Shown here one piece after another: positions 11,648-25,890 of a DNA stretch of 64,000 nt. Under the pieces are notes generated by a model. That model ran no database searches, had not been told where the DNA came from, and was given only the letters and a program-made list of their open reading frames with translations. The position numbers and the translations under genes were made by a program. How positions within the stretch are numbered: position 1 is the first letter of the stretch; the number at the start of each line of letters is the position of its first letter. The stretch is from NCBI GenBank assembly GCA_016748015.1, contig JAAOMT010000302.1, positions 186,001 through 250,000 on the forward strand, read 5' to 3'. This DNA is from Geosiphon pyriformis uo1 (lineage: Eukaryota > Fungi > Glomeromycota).

Positions 11648-13477
11648 ATGTCCATAAAAAAATCAGCCAGAGATGCCACTGTGAACTCTGTGAGTGGAAG
11701 TCTGAGGCAAAAACCTAAGGTTTCACTTGACAAAATCAAACACTCGAATGACGAAGCTAATTTAACTTACAAACTGCTTGCAAGTGCTTCCAGTTAATAC
11801 GAAAATATGAATATCTCTTATGATGAAAAGTTGAAGTGTGAAATAGGCAAAGACATGAGTTATGGTGCTGGCAGTAAGAGTAATGAGCAGTTAGACTCTT
11901 GTACCAACACTCCAAAAGCAAAATGTTTTGACTCTGGTATAATGAATACTTCATCTTTGGGCCTCTGTGATTTTGGCTCAGCCGTTAACAACTTTGATAT
12001 GAGCTTATCTCCCCTTGTTTTTTTGAAATTCTCTTATTGTTCTGTTGTTTCTGTCAAGGAAAAATTCTGTTTTGAACCTACTAAATCCTTCACACTCGAC
12101 ATTAATCTGTTGGCTGTTCCTGGAAGTACTCTATGTGACAAACTCAAGAGTATCAGGTTATTATTCTACAAAATTGACAGTTTTGGAAGTGCATCGACTC
12201 CTTCAAAATTTCTAGGCATTGTTTAGGCATCTTTTACATCTGATTTCAGTCTCACTATGGCTAAACAATTGGCTGTGTCTAAGAATCTTGTTGTCAATGC
12301 TGATCTCAAGAAAATCAGCATACGTTCAGATTAAGAAATTGTTATCAAGAAGATTCTAGTTGATCTGCCCAAATTGGTGATTGAATCTGCTTTGGTTAAA
12401 TATGGGAAAATTTTTTCAATCAAAGTACAGCTTATTGGCCTTTGGCAAAAAGTGCTAGTAGAGTTTGAGAGTTCTCAGGTCACTGACCTAGTTGTGTCCA
12501 AATGGTCAATCTTGCTAGGTAAGGATTTAGTGTGTGTTGCCAAAGCCAACACCGACAAACAAACGTGGGATTTAAAGGACAGCTATTGCACTCTTCTATA
12601 CACTCTGCCGATAGGCATAACTGCTCATGATCTCTCAGACTTGGTCCAGTCATATGGTGGGAAAACTTGCTACATTTCTAGGAATTCGGTATCTTATGCA
12701 TAGGCCCACTGTGCTGTTGTATGTTTTGATTCTAACAATGCCAGAGAAGCTGTCATTTACTCTATGCTGGTGTTTAGGGGTATTAACTTCATTTGGACTG
12801 GTTTGTCTTCTCCTAAGTGTGTTGCATGTGAGAATTTTGGTTATGTTTTGTCTGGCTGTAAAAGTGGTGAGAAAAACAGTGGACAGAGTTCCAGAAAAAA
12901 AAGATTTTTCTGTTCTAATTTGGATAAGAGGTGCTTTGCATTTATTTATGCCAAAAAACAGGCACCCGTATCTTATCCAGTATCTTTCAGTGGTGCGACT
13001 TGGTCTTCTGTGATAAGTGGCTTCCCTAAAAATTCATATTCTACATTACTCGTTGAGAACAATTTGAGCATAGGTTCAGTTGACAGTTTGATGCCTGTGG
13101 TTACAATTCTGGCTTTACACATTAGTGTCCTTGAGCATTCGCATGAAAATATGTCAGATCAGGTAACAGATATTTCATATAAACTGGACAGATTGTTGGC
13201 TGTTTCATCAGTGAATTTTGCTGTTCCACTCTCTCCTGAACATAATCCTATGCTGGACATGGTTGTTGATGCTCCATTGTTCGTTCCTTCTGTGCCTAGT
13301 GTGGTCACTACTGTCTCCCAAGAAATTTTTCTAAGTGGTGCTCATGTTTTAACTGCAAAAGTGGGTGGTCTGAAGGCTAATCTGACAGTTCTGAAGAATT
13401 TGGTTAAGGCAATATTGAATAAATTGGACTCTTTTTGTTCTGGCAGTAGTATGATAACTCCTTTCTTTCCCCAATGA
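11648..13477 (+). pseudogene. LINE A ORF1 (RRM-like segments, degenerate zinc knuckle, C-terminal coiled coil)
   Basis: Fragments MSIKKSARD..., IESALVKYGKIFSIKVQLIGLWQKVLVEF, LLYTLPIGITAHDL, CVACENFGYVLSGC (copy B: CVTYSNFGHISSGC), ending TPFFPQ*. Interrupted by stops. Start position approximate. Confidence 0.8.
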
Positions 13478-16400
13478 ATAGTTTAGCTTAGAAAATTGCT
13501 ACTTGTAATGTTAGAGGTATGAATGTTTCTACCAAGCAGGATGATATTATTAAATAGTACATAGTTTTGAATAATGACATTTTAATAGTTACTGAAACTA
13601 AGCTTCATTCTAGCATCAAGCCTTAAATTATGAATAAATTTCCTGGTGTGAGGGTGTTTACTTCAGGTCTAGATGCTGGGTTTTTGGGTGCAAGCGTAGC
13701 TTTAATCATGAATAAGAAGTTAACCAAACATGTTTCAAAAATCTTTGAAATTCCAGGCAGACTTTTGATTATCCATTTGTTATTTAAAAACAAACAATCT
13801 GTTTCTGTATTGGGTTTATATGCAGAGATTTCTCTGGATAAGTGTATGATTCAGGCTGGTCTCATCAATTCTTTTATAGCCAGAGCTTGTAATGAAAGTA
13901 CTTTTGTTATTTTGGGTGGTAATTTCAATAAGAATAAGAACAAATATAGCTCTAGCTTTAGTAAGTGTGCAGATTTTGGTCTAGTCAATACATTGGTTAA
14001 CAGTTCTTACATATAGGCTTCTACTTAGAGGAATTCTAGGGGTGTTGAGAGGACCATCGATTACATTTTTGTTTTGCAAAGTTTAAGTAATGCTTTAATT
14101 AATGAGTGTGTTGTGGATGTGGATGAGTTCTTTAGCATTGATCATAGTTCTGTTCAAATCACAATTGGTCTTGGTAGAATTTTGGATCCTGTTTTAAGGG
14201 CTATTCATGTTCAAGCCAATAAAAACAAGTAGAGGTTTAATGTTAAAAATGCTAATGAGATTAAATAGGAGTGGTATAGGATTGCATCTTGTGATAATTT
14301 TGCCATGTTTTCTGATAAGTTTACAGACTCTTATAGTTCATCTAATCTGAACAGCATGTGGAGTGTTATTTGCAAAGCCATTTGTTTTTCAGTGAATGAA
14401 GTTTTCTCAAAAACCTGGTTTAAAGATTTTGATAGTGGTTTTACTAAGAGCTCTTCCCACTATCATAGATTGGAACTTTTGGTTTCTAAGTTGGTGAAAG
14501 CTTCACATTCTATGTCATTAATTGAATTTGTCTCCTTGTTAGATGTTTGGATATTTTTGAACTCTGTTAATGCTTCTATTATCAAATCTCTTTTTCTTTC
14601 AGGATTTTATTTTGATGCTATTAGATCAGCTTTGGCAAAGGTTAGAAAGTCTTATTGTTCCCTCAATATAATGAAATTAAAACGTGTTAGGGACTCTCAA
14701 ATCAGGCTAGCAATTAACAAAAGAATGGAAAACTTTGAGTTAAATAAAAGCCAAACTATTAGAAGTGTACTTAAACAGCCATTTTGCAAAGTCATATTGG
14801 ATTACTTGGTTGTGGATAAAGATCTCATTTTGAAGCCTGGTTTGGTTAAAAGTTATGTCAATAGAATTATGGAGAGCTGGACTAGAAAGCATATAGTGGC
14901 TGATGACATTTTGGATGAATGGCATCGCCAATTTCAACCCTTGGAATATGTTTTTGACAATGTCTTTTTGAATGTCATGCATCCAATTGTAGTAAAAGAT
15001 TTTCTTGATGTGGTTTCAGGTTTGCTTGATAATAAAGCTGCTGGCCTTTCTAGTATTACAAATGAACTATAGAAATATTGTGACAGGTTTGTTCTAAATT
15101 CACTTTTGGTGTTTTTGAACTCTTGTTTAATTTGTAGATCTGTTCTGGGTCCTTGAAAGGAGGTCTAGGTGTCTATGATTCCTAAACTCTATGACTGGGA
15201 AGGGATTCTTACAAACACCTGACCCATAGCACTAATTGAAACTGCCCATAAGATTTTTTTTAAGATCCTCTCTGATAAAATCTTCATGGCATATAGTAAG
15301 TATAACATTCTTCATGGTAACAACTTTTCAGTTCTTAAGGATACAACAATACAGTCTCCTATTTTTGCTATTGGTTTGGTGGTTAAAGATGCTTTGGAAA
15401 AGAATTGTGAACTTTGGTTAGTTTTGCAAGACATGAGAAAAGTGTATGACTTGATTGGTTGGGAATATTTGAGAAGAAGTTTGGTCAGAATTAAAATGTA
15501 CAATAGATTCATAAGATTTTTTGAGAGTATTCACAATGACCACATGAACAGAGTGATGACCAATTTTGGGCTAACTGATGAGTATAGTGTTCATAATAGC
15601 TTAGATCAGAGGGAAGTGTTTTTGTTTCTCTTTTGGCATATTTTTTACAACACTTTGCTGTATAAGATAAAAAGACAAGAAGCAGTGTGTAGTTATAGGC
15701 TAAATTTGTATTATGTTGTCAAGTCTGGTCATGTTGATCCTCAAGATAGTTTGACCTCTTTTCTTGCTGTGAGTGCATTCATTAATGATACTATATGGGT
15801 TGGTTCTAATCAGGCGGCTACACAACATATTCTCAACATTGCCAGTGAATTTTTCAGGATGAATGATATTTCGATCAACAATAACAAAACTGTAGCAATC
15901 CCAATTAATTGCAGAGTGATGGCTCCTTTTTTATCTGTTTGTAGTGTTCCTATTTCCATTGCCAAAAAAGGAACATCTCATTGATATCTGAGAATTTTTT
16001 TTTCTTCTAATGGGTTATCTAAGCCTAGCCTGGCTAAAGCACATTCAGATGTACAGTTTTTTACCAATCTTGTTCTAAAGAAAGCTATTTCAGACAAACA
16101 GTTCTCTTATTTGGTTTTGGCTGTTCTTTATTCTATCATTGATTATAGGACCCAGTTTAGCTTTATTTCTGCTAGTATGTGCCAAAAGTGGGATGTTTTA
16201 ATTTGGAAGAACCTGAAATTGAAATCAGATCTGCCCCTGGACTTTCTTAATGATGTTTTGCACCATTCCTTATTTTATGGCTTAAAGACTTTTGAGCAGA
16301 TCCAAGCCAAAGGCAAGGTTGCTGCTGTGGTGTGTTTCACCAACTCTGTTGGGGTTTTGGGCCAATTGTTCAAACATAGGTTGCATGACTTACAGGTTGT

Positions 16401-18162
16401 GAGTTGGTGTTCAGTGCATCTCTTGTGCTCTCCTGTTCACATTAGTGTTAATCCTTTGAACAACTTCCTGGTGGGTGTGGTTTGGATCTTTCTCAGTTCT
16501 GGTTTATCTTTGGGCAATCTTAAGTGTAATGTTTTTCACTTCCAGTATGGAACTTTTTTATCTGGTGTCCTTGATAAGTCTATGTATTTCAAGTGCCTTT
16601 CTTCTCTTTGTCATTATGGAATTGCTTTTGTTGAGCAGCTTCAGTGCCATGATAGAACTGTTTTTGACTGGAAGACTTTTAAGCAGTGAAAGAGACTTGA
16701 CTCACGTGGTTCTGTTCCTGTCTGGTTTGGTGCTGCCATTCGACATCTCCATAATTTTGGTTCTCTTGATGTTTGCTCTTCTCTTCTGGATGGTGCTGTT
16801 GTAAAGAACATTCTTGAATTTCATAAGTTTAGAACAGTCCATGATTGATTGTCTAGCGTTGATGTCTCTGGCTTTTTTGTGTACATGGATGATTCTCTTT
16901 GTGGCCTAGAGAGTATTAATATAAAAGCTGGCACTGCTGTGTTCTTCAAGGACATTGACTTAGGTTTTGGGATAGAAGTAACTGGTATGATGTCTTCTAC
17001 ATTGGCAGAGCTTCAAGCCATAGCATTGGTCCTTGAGTGTATGCCTAATTCAAGTTTGGTTCATTTATTTTCTGACAGCCAAGCTGCCTTAGATGTGTAT
17101 AGAGCTGAATTATTATTGTTGGTTCTGGATTTTCAGTACAAATGTTGGGTCAAACGTTGACACATTGCTGGCATCATATGTAAAAAGAATTTGAATGTTG
17201 GCTGGTATAAGGTTAAAAAACACTTAAATATTATGGGTAATATGCAGACTGATTTGCTTGCTGGTGTCTCTTCTCATTCAGGTCAGCTTCTCCCTTCTTG
17301 GCTCAAGAAATGTTTTGTTTTGGCTAGTGGCAGTGTTGTTTCTGAAAACTTTAGACACTTTGTTTGTGATGTTTTTCAGTCTATCTATTGTGCATGTTGA
17401 GAACTAGGCTCTGGTGCCAAAATTGTGAACAGTTGTCTGTATACAGATATTGATTGGTTTTAATCATCTTTTGTTTGGCATCCTGACTCTCACATGGCTG
17501 CTGGCTTTACGAGTCATCACTCTGCTGGCTCCCATTTCTATTTTATAAAAACTTTACACCATAGACTGCCTGTTGCTGTTCACAAATGTCTCTATAATAA
17601 ACATTACCCCAGTGTAGTGTGCCTATATTGTAACAATGTTGAAGTGTCAGACCATGTGTTCTCTTGTGTGTTTGATGCAGCTGCTCAGCTCCAATTGTTT
17701 GTTAATTCTGCTTCTGCTTGGAGAGTTGTTTCTGGTTTATTCCATGCCTCATCTCTTGTGTCACAAATGTTATTTGATTGTTTGACTAATTTAGGTCTGG
17801 TTGCTTTTCTGTGCAAAGATTTTGTGCTTGTGAATTTGTACTAGAAGGCTGCTTCTTGCTTTAATGACTTTAAAATTGCATCTGATAAGATGGTTGAATT
17901 TGTTTGCAGTTTGTGCTTGTCTTTTAGAAATGATATTTGGCTGGTCCACTCTAAATATTGAGCTTTTATGGAGAAACATGGTTTGATTCCTTGTGATAGT
18001 TTGATTCTTGTCTCAATGTCTGGTGGCGTGTCAATGCTTTTGGCCCATATGATTAGACTGCTTGGTATTGACAATGTGTTTAGTGTTAGTTTTGGGTTGC
18101 ATAGTTTCTGTCAGTTTTTTATGAATATAGGTGATTTGGTTTCTGTGTCTGTGAGTGTATAG
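13474..18162 (+). pseudogene. LINE A ORF2: AP endonuclease, reverse transcriptase, RNase H, CCHC finger
   Basis: APE motifs KIATCNVRG, VTETKL, ILGGNFN, TIDYIF. RT motifs T*PIALIET, QDMRKVYD, AFINDTIW. RNase H motifs YMDDS, AELQAIAL, FSDSQAAL. CCHC finger CLYCNNVEVSDHVFSC. Many stops. Confidence 0.9.
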
Positions 18163-21100
18163 TGTAGTCCTGGTTGGCTTGAATGGCTAGTTACATATAG
18201 TAAAAACATGATTTACACCTAGTATAAATCATTATTTTGATGTATTGTCACTAGGCAGTGTTTAGACTTCACTTATTAAACTAATAAAAAAAAATAAAAA
18301 TAAAAATAAAAGATAAAATTTTTCTTATTTATTATCTGTTTTATATTTATAACAAATAATATATTATTTTTTGATATAAATTTGTTTTTATTGTTTAAAA
18401 CAATAATAAAAGTAAAAAAATATTTGTTAAAAATTAGCATAAAAATTATTTTTTTATATTTTAATATTATTTATTTATTTATTATTTAAATTGTTTATAA
18501 TTATTATTTTATTAATAATTTAATTTGTATAATTTATAAGTATAATTAAATATTATAATTAAATTATATAATATTTTCAATTAATTAATTTAAAATATGT
18601 TGAAACTTAAAATAATACTATTTAAAAATATATAATTATTAGCTTAAAAATTATTTTAACAAAAGTTAAACTTTTTTGAAAATTTATTTTTTTGTGATTT
18701 AAAACTAATAATTTTAAAGTTAATTTTAAAAAAGGCATTTATTTTAAGCTTAAAGAAAATTTTTTTAATAGATTTTTAAAACAATAGTATTACTATTATA
18801 CAAATACAATTAAAATAATAATTTCAAAATTTTTAATTGTTATTATTATGAAAAAATTGAATACTTAATAAAAATTTGTGAAATAAATTAAAAAAATTAA
18901 ATTTTTTTATATACAATATTTATTTTAATATAGACTTTAGTTTAAACTATATTCAATTATTTTATTATTAATACAATGATAATAATAAATATAATAATAT
19001 TAATAATTAGCTTAATATTAATTATTAAATAAAAACTAATATAACAATACCAATTTGATTTTAAATTATTTTAATAATTATTAAAAATTTTATAAATAAT
19101 TAATTAAGTTTTTAAAATAAAAAAAATAGAAATCAAATAAATACAATGCTTTATTTAATTATATTAACAAAAAAATTCTTATTAATTATATTTTTAAAAG
19201 TAAAACTAGAAAATAATGATACAATTCTATTTGTTAAAATTGTAAAATAAAAGTTTTTTTAATATTTTCTTTTAAATTAAAAAATTAAAAACTATTTTTA
19301 CTTAACAATACAGTAATTTTTAAACAGAAATTAATAATAACAATATTTATTAAAAAAATACCAATAAAAATCAAAGTTCTTTTTAGAAAATTATATATTT
19401 TTTTATTATTTATTAATTTAACAAGCAAAGTCCAAACACTGTTTAGTAATAATACATCAAAATAATAATCTATACTAGGTGTGAATTATACTTTTTTTAC
19501 ATGTGACTAATTATTTAAATCAGCCAGAACTACACTATATATCCATGTACATAGAAATCAAATTATCTATACCTGAGAAAAACTGACAGGAACTACACAA
19601 CCCAAAACTAATACCAAATGCATTGTTAATACCAAGCAATCTAATCACATGAGCTGAAAGTGTCGACATGCCACCAAACACTGAGACAAGATTTGAATCA
19701 TTACAAGAGATCAGACTGTGTTTCTCCATAAAAGCACAATGTTTGGAGTAGACCAGCCAAATACTATTTCTAAAAGACAGACACAAACCATAAACAAACT
19801 CAACCACTTTATTAGATGTAGTTTTAGAGTTATCAAAGCAGGAAGTGGCCTTTTGGTACCAATCCACGAGCACAAAATCTTTGCACAGCAAAACAACCAG
19901 TTCCAAATCAATCAAACAATTGGATAACATCTGTAATACATAAGAGAAGGCATAGGATAGACCAAAAACAGCTCTCCAAGCAGAAACAGAATTAATAAAC
20001 AATTAAAGCCGAGCAGTTGCATCAAATGGACAAGAAAAAACATAGTCTGACACTTCGACATTGTCACAATACAGACACATTACACTGGGGTAATGTTTAT
20101 TATAGAGACATTTGCGAACAGCAACAGGCAGTCTATGGTGTAAAGCTTTTATAAAATAGAAATAGGAGCCAGCAGAATAACAACTCGTAAAGCCAGCAGC
20201 CATATAAGAGTTAGGATGCTAAACAAGAAATAATTAAAGCCAATCAATATCTGTATACAGACAACTGTCCACAATTTTGGCACCAGAGTCTAGTTCTCAG
20301 CATGCATGATAGATAAACTGAAAAACATCATGAACAAAGTGTTTAGAGTTTCCAGAAACAACACTGCCACTAGCCAAAACAAAATATTCCTTGAGCCAGA
20401 AAGGAAGAAGCTGGTCTGAATAAGAAGAGACACCAACAAGCAAGTTAGCCTGATCATTGTTCAAAACACCTAAGTGTCTTTTAATCTTATATCAGCCAAC
20501 ATTCAAATTTCTTTTATGTATAATGCCAGCAATATGTCAATATTTAACCCAATATTTGTCCTGAAAATCTGGAGCTGACAACAATAATTCAGCTTTACAC
20601 ACATTCAAAGCAGCTTGGCTGTCAGAAAATAGACAGACTGAACTCAAACTAGGCACACATTCAAGGACTAATGCAATGGCCTGAAGTTCCATCAATGTAG
20701 AAAATACCATGTCAGTCACTTCTATTCCAAGACCTAAGTTAATGTTCTCAAAGAATGCAGCAGCACCAGCTTTCATATTAACACTCCCCAAGTTATAAAG
20801 AGAACTATCCATGTACACAAAAAAGCCAAAGGCATCAATGCCAAACAATCGATTATGCACTGACCTAAATTCATAAGATTCAAGAATGTTCTTTGCAGCA
20901 ACATCATCCAAAGGGAAGGAGCAGACATCAAAAGAACCAGAATCATGGAAATACTGAATGACAGTAACAAACCAGACAGGAACAGGACCACATGGGTCAA
21001 GTCTCTTCCACTACTTAAAAGTCTTCCAGTTGAAGATAGCACCATTCCGGCACAAAAGCTGCTCAACAAAAGCAATTCTATAATGACAAAGAGAGAGAAG

Positions 21101-24100
21101 ACACCTAAAATACATTGACTTACCAAGGATACCAGATAAAAAAGTTTCATACTGGAAGCAAAAAACATTACACATAAGATTGCCAAAAGATAAACTGGAA
21201 CCAAGAAAAACCCGAACCACACCTGCCAAGAAGTTGTTTAAAAGATTAACATTAATGCAAACTGGAGAACACAAGGAATACACAGGATACCAACTCAAGA
21301 CCTGTAAGTTGTGCGACTTATGCATAAACAATTGGCCCAAAATCCCAACAGAATTAACAAAACATACCACAGCAGCAACCTTGCTTTTGGCTTAGATCTG
21401 CTCAAAAGTTTTTAAGCCATAAAATAAGGAGTGGTACAAGACATTGTTAAGAAAGTCTAGAAACAGACCCAATTTCAATTTCAGGCCTTTCCAAATCAAA
21501 ACATCTTACTTTTGGTACACACTAGCAAAAACAAAGCTAAACTGGATCCTGTAACCAACAATAAGATGAAAAACTGCCAAAACCAAGTAAAAGAACTGTT
21601 TGTCCAAAATTGTTTTTTTCAGAACAAAATTGGCAAAAAACCGAACATCCGAATGCACTTTAGCCAAGCTAGACTTAGATAACCCATCGGAAGAAAGAAA
21701 AATACCCAGATATCAGTGAGATACCCCCTTTTTGGCAATAAAAATAGGAACACCACTGACAGATAAAAAAGGAGCCACTACTCTGCAATTAATTGGAATT
21801 ACTACAGTTTTGTTATTGTTGATTAAGATATCATTTATTCTGAAAAATTCACTGGCAACATTGAGAATGTGTTGTATAGCTGTCTGACTAGAACCAACTT
21901 ATATAGGATCATCAACAAATGCACCTGCAGCAAAAAAAGAGATCAAACTATCTTGGGGATCTATGTGACCAGTCTTGGCAACATAATGTGAATTCAGCTT
22001 ATAACCACACACTGTTTCTTGTCTTTTTATCTCACACAGCAAAGTGTTGTAAAAAATATGCCAAAGGAAAGGTGAAAACACTTCCCTCTGATCTAAGCCA
22101 TTATGAATACTATAACCATCAGTCAACCCAAACTTGGTCATCACTCTGTTCATGTGGTCATTGTGAATACTCCCAAAAAATCTTATGAATCTACTGCATA
22201 TTTTGATTCTGACCAAACTCCTCCTCAGATGTTCCCAACCAACCAAGTCATACACTTTCCTCATGTCTTGTAAAACTAACCAAAGTTTACAATTCTTTTT
22301 TAAAGCATCTTCTATCACTAAACCAATAGCAAAAATAGAAGACTGTATTGTTGTACTTTTAAGAACTAAGAAGTTGTCACCATAAAGAACGTCATACTTA
22401 CTATATGCTACAGAGATTCTATCAGAGAGGATTTTAAAAAAAATTTTATGGGCAGTTTCAATTAGTGCTATGGGTCAGGTATTTATAAGAACTTCCTTCC
22501 AGTCATAGGATTTAGGAATCATAGACACCCAAGTCTCCTTCCAAGAACCCAGAACAGATTCACAAATCAAACAAAAGTTTAAAAGCATTAAAAGTGAATC
22601 CAGAACAAACCTGTTATAATGTTTCTATAGCTCATTTGTAATACCAGAAAGACTGGCAGCTTTATTATTAGGCAAACTCAAAACCACACCAAAAAATTCT
22701 TCTACCTTAATTGAATGTATAACATTCGAAAAAGCATCATTAAAGACATATTCTAAGAGTTGAAATTGGTGATACCATTCATTTGAAATATCATCTACTA
22801 CCACATACTTTCTGGTCCAGCCCTTTATAATTCTATTGACATAAAATTTAATCAGATTAGGCTCCAAAATAAGGTCCTCATTCACAACCAGGTGATTTAA
22901 TGTGACTTTGTAAAATGGCTGCTCAAGTACACTTTTAATAGTTTGGTCCTTATTCAATTCAAAGTTTTCCATTTTTTTGTCAATTGCTAGCCTGATTTGA
23001 AAGTCTCTAGCATATTTCGATTCCATTATCTTGAGAAAACAATAAGACTTTTTAATTTTTGCTAAAGCCAATCTGATAGCATCAAAATAAGATCCCAAAA
23101 AAAAAGATTTGATAGTAGAAGCATTAATGGAGTTCAAAGACACCCAAACATCCAACAAGAAAACAAACTCATTAGATGACACAGAACATGAAGTCTTTAC
23201 TAGCTTAGAAACCAAAAGTTCTAATCTATGATAGTGAGAAAAACACTTAATAAAACCATCATCAAAATCTTTAGACTAGGTCTTCATTTGCTAAAAACAA
23301 ATGGCTTTGTGAACAACACTCCACATACTGTCCAGATCAGATGAACAATGAGAACCAGTAAACTCATTAGAAAACATAGCAAAATTATCACGAAATGCAG
23401 TTCTATATCACTCCTATTTAATCCCATCAGCATTTTTGACATTAAATTTCTACCTGTCTTTATTGGCTTGAACATGAATAGCTCTTAAAACAGGATCCAA
23501 AATTTCACCAAGACCAATTGTAATTTGAACAGAACTATAATCAATGCTAAAGAACTCATCCACATCCACAACACATCCATTAACTAAAACATTACTTAAA
23601 CTTTGTAAAACAAAAATGTAATCAATGGTCCTCTCAACACTCCTGGAATTTTTCCAAGTAGAAGTCTTAATGTAAGAACTATTAACCAAAGTATTGACTA
23701 GACCTAGATCCACACACTTACTAAAACTAGAGCTACATTTGTTCTTATCTTCATTGAAATTACCACTTAAAATAACAAAAGTACTCTTATTACAAGCTCT
23801 GACTATAAAGAAATTAACAAGACCAGCCTGAATTATATGCTTATTCAGAGAAGTCTTTACATATAAACACAATACAGAAACAGATTGTTTGTTTTTGAAT
23901 AGCAAATGAACCATCAAAAGTCTATCCAGAATCTCAGAGATTTTTGAAACATGTTTGGCTAAATTTTCATTCATGATTAAAGCAACGCCCATACTTAAAA
24001 ACCCAGCATCCAGACCTGAAGTAAACACTCTTATACCAGGAAACTTATTCACAATCCAAGACTTAATGCTGGAGCGAAGCTTAGTTTCAGTAACTATTGA

Positions 24101-25890
24101 AATATCATTATTCAAAACCATGTGCTATCTAATAATGTCATCTTACTTGGCAGGAACATTTATACCTTTAACATTACAAGTAGCAATTTTCCAAGCTAAA
24201 CTATTCATTGGGGAAAGAAAGGAGTTATCATACTACTGCCAGAACAAAAAGAGTCCAATTTATTCAATATTATCTTAACAGAATTCTCTAAAACCGCCAA
24301 GTTAGTCTCTAAACCACCTATTTTTGCAGTTAAAACATGAGAACCACTTGGAGAAATGTCCTGGGAGATGGTAGTGATTACACTAAGCATAAAAAAAACA
24401 AACAATAGAGCATTAACAGCCATGTCCAGCTTTGGGTTATGTTTGGAAATGGATGGAACAGTAAAACTTGCTGATGAAACAACCAGCAATCTGTCCAGTT
24501 TATGTGAAATATCAGCTATTTGGTTAGACATATTCTTAAGTGAATGCTTGAAGACACTAATATGCAAAGCCAGAATCATAACCACAGGCATCAAACTATC
24601 AACTGAACCTATGCTCGAATTGTTTTCAACAAGTGGTGTAGAATACAAATTTTTAGGAGAGCCACTTACCACAAAAGCCCAAGTTGCACCACTAAAAGAG
24701 ATTAGATAAGACACAAAAGCTTGTATTTTGGCATAAATGAGCACAAGATGCCTCTTATCCGAATCTGAACAAAAAAATCTCTTATTTTTGAAACCTGGCC
24801 CAAAGTTTTTCTTACCACTGCCACATCCAGAAGAAATGTGACCAAAATTACTATATGTGACACACTTAGAAGAAAACAGACCAGCCCAGATGAAGTTGAC
24901 ACCCTTAAACACCAGTGTAGAGTGGATGGCAGCCTTTCTGGCAACTTCAGTATCAAAACATACAACAGCACAGCAGGCTCATGCATAAAATACTGAGTTC
25001 CTAGAAATATAGCAAGTCTTCTCACCATATGACTGGACCAGATCTGAGAGATTGTGAGCAGTTGTGTTCATCGGCAAAGTATATAGAAGAGCATAATAGC
25101 TGTTCCTTAAATCCCACATTTGTTTATTGGCATTGACTTTGGCAATGCATGCCAAGTTCTTACCCAGTAAAATTGATCATTTGGATGCCATCAAATCAGC
25201 GACCTAAGAACTCTCAAACTTTACCAATGCTTTCTGCCAGAGGCCAATCAGCTGCATTTTAATTGAAAAAATTTTTCTATACTTAACCAAAACTAACTCA
25301 ATTGCCAATTTGGGCAGATCAACTGGAATCTTTTTAATAACAATTTCTCGATTCAATCATATGCTGATTTTCTTTAGATCAGCATTAACAACAAGATTCT
25401 CAGACACAGCCAATTGTTTAGCCAAAGCAAAACTGGATTCAGACATGAAAGACACCCTAATGATGCCTGGAAATTTCAATGGAGTTAACACACCCCCAAA
25501 ACCATTAATTTTGTAGAATAGCTTCCTGACACCCTTGAGTTTGTCACATAGAGTACTTCCAGAAATGGCCAACAGATCAATGTCAAGTGCAAAGAATTTG
25601 GTTGGTTTAAAGCAAAGTCTCTTCTTAACAGAAGCAACTGGATGAAGAGAGAATTTCAAAGGAACAGAAAGAAGTAAGTCCATGTCAATGTCATTAACAG
25701 CAGAGTCAAAATCACAGGGACCTAAAGATGAAGCCTTCACTGTACCAGAGTTGAAGTGTTTAGTCTTTGGAGTGTTAGTACAAGAGTTCAGCAGCCTATC
25801 ACTCTTACTACCAGCACTGTAGTCCAAATCTTTGCCCATTTTGTGCCCTAACTTTTTGTCAGAAAAGATTCATGTTTTCATACCAGCTGG

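Larger units (their letters stand above)
11488..18305 (+). mobile_element. Full-length degenerate non-LTR retrotransposon (LINE), copy A
   Basis: 5' UTR is shared with copy B from ~11488, followed by ORF1 and ORF2 remnants and a 3' AATAAA/A-rich tail at ~18283-18305. Candidate 13-bp TSD ATAAAAGATAAAA at 11473-11485 and 18306-18318. Confidence 0.93.
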
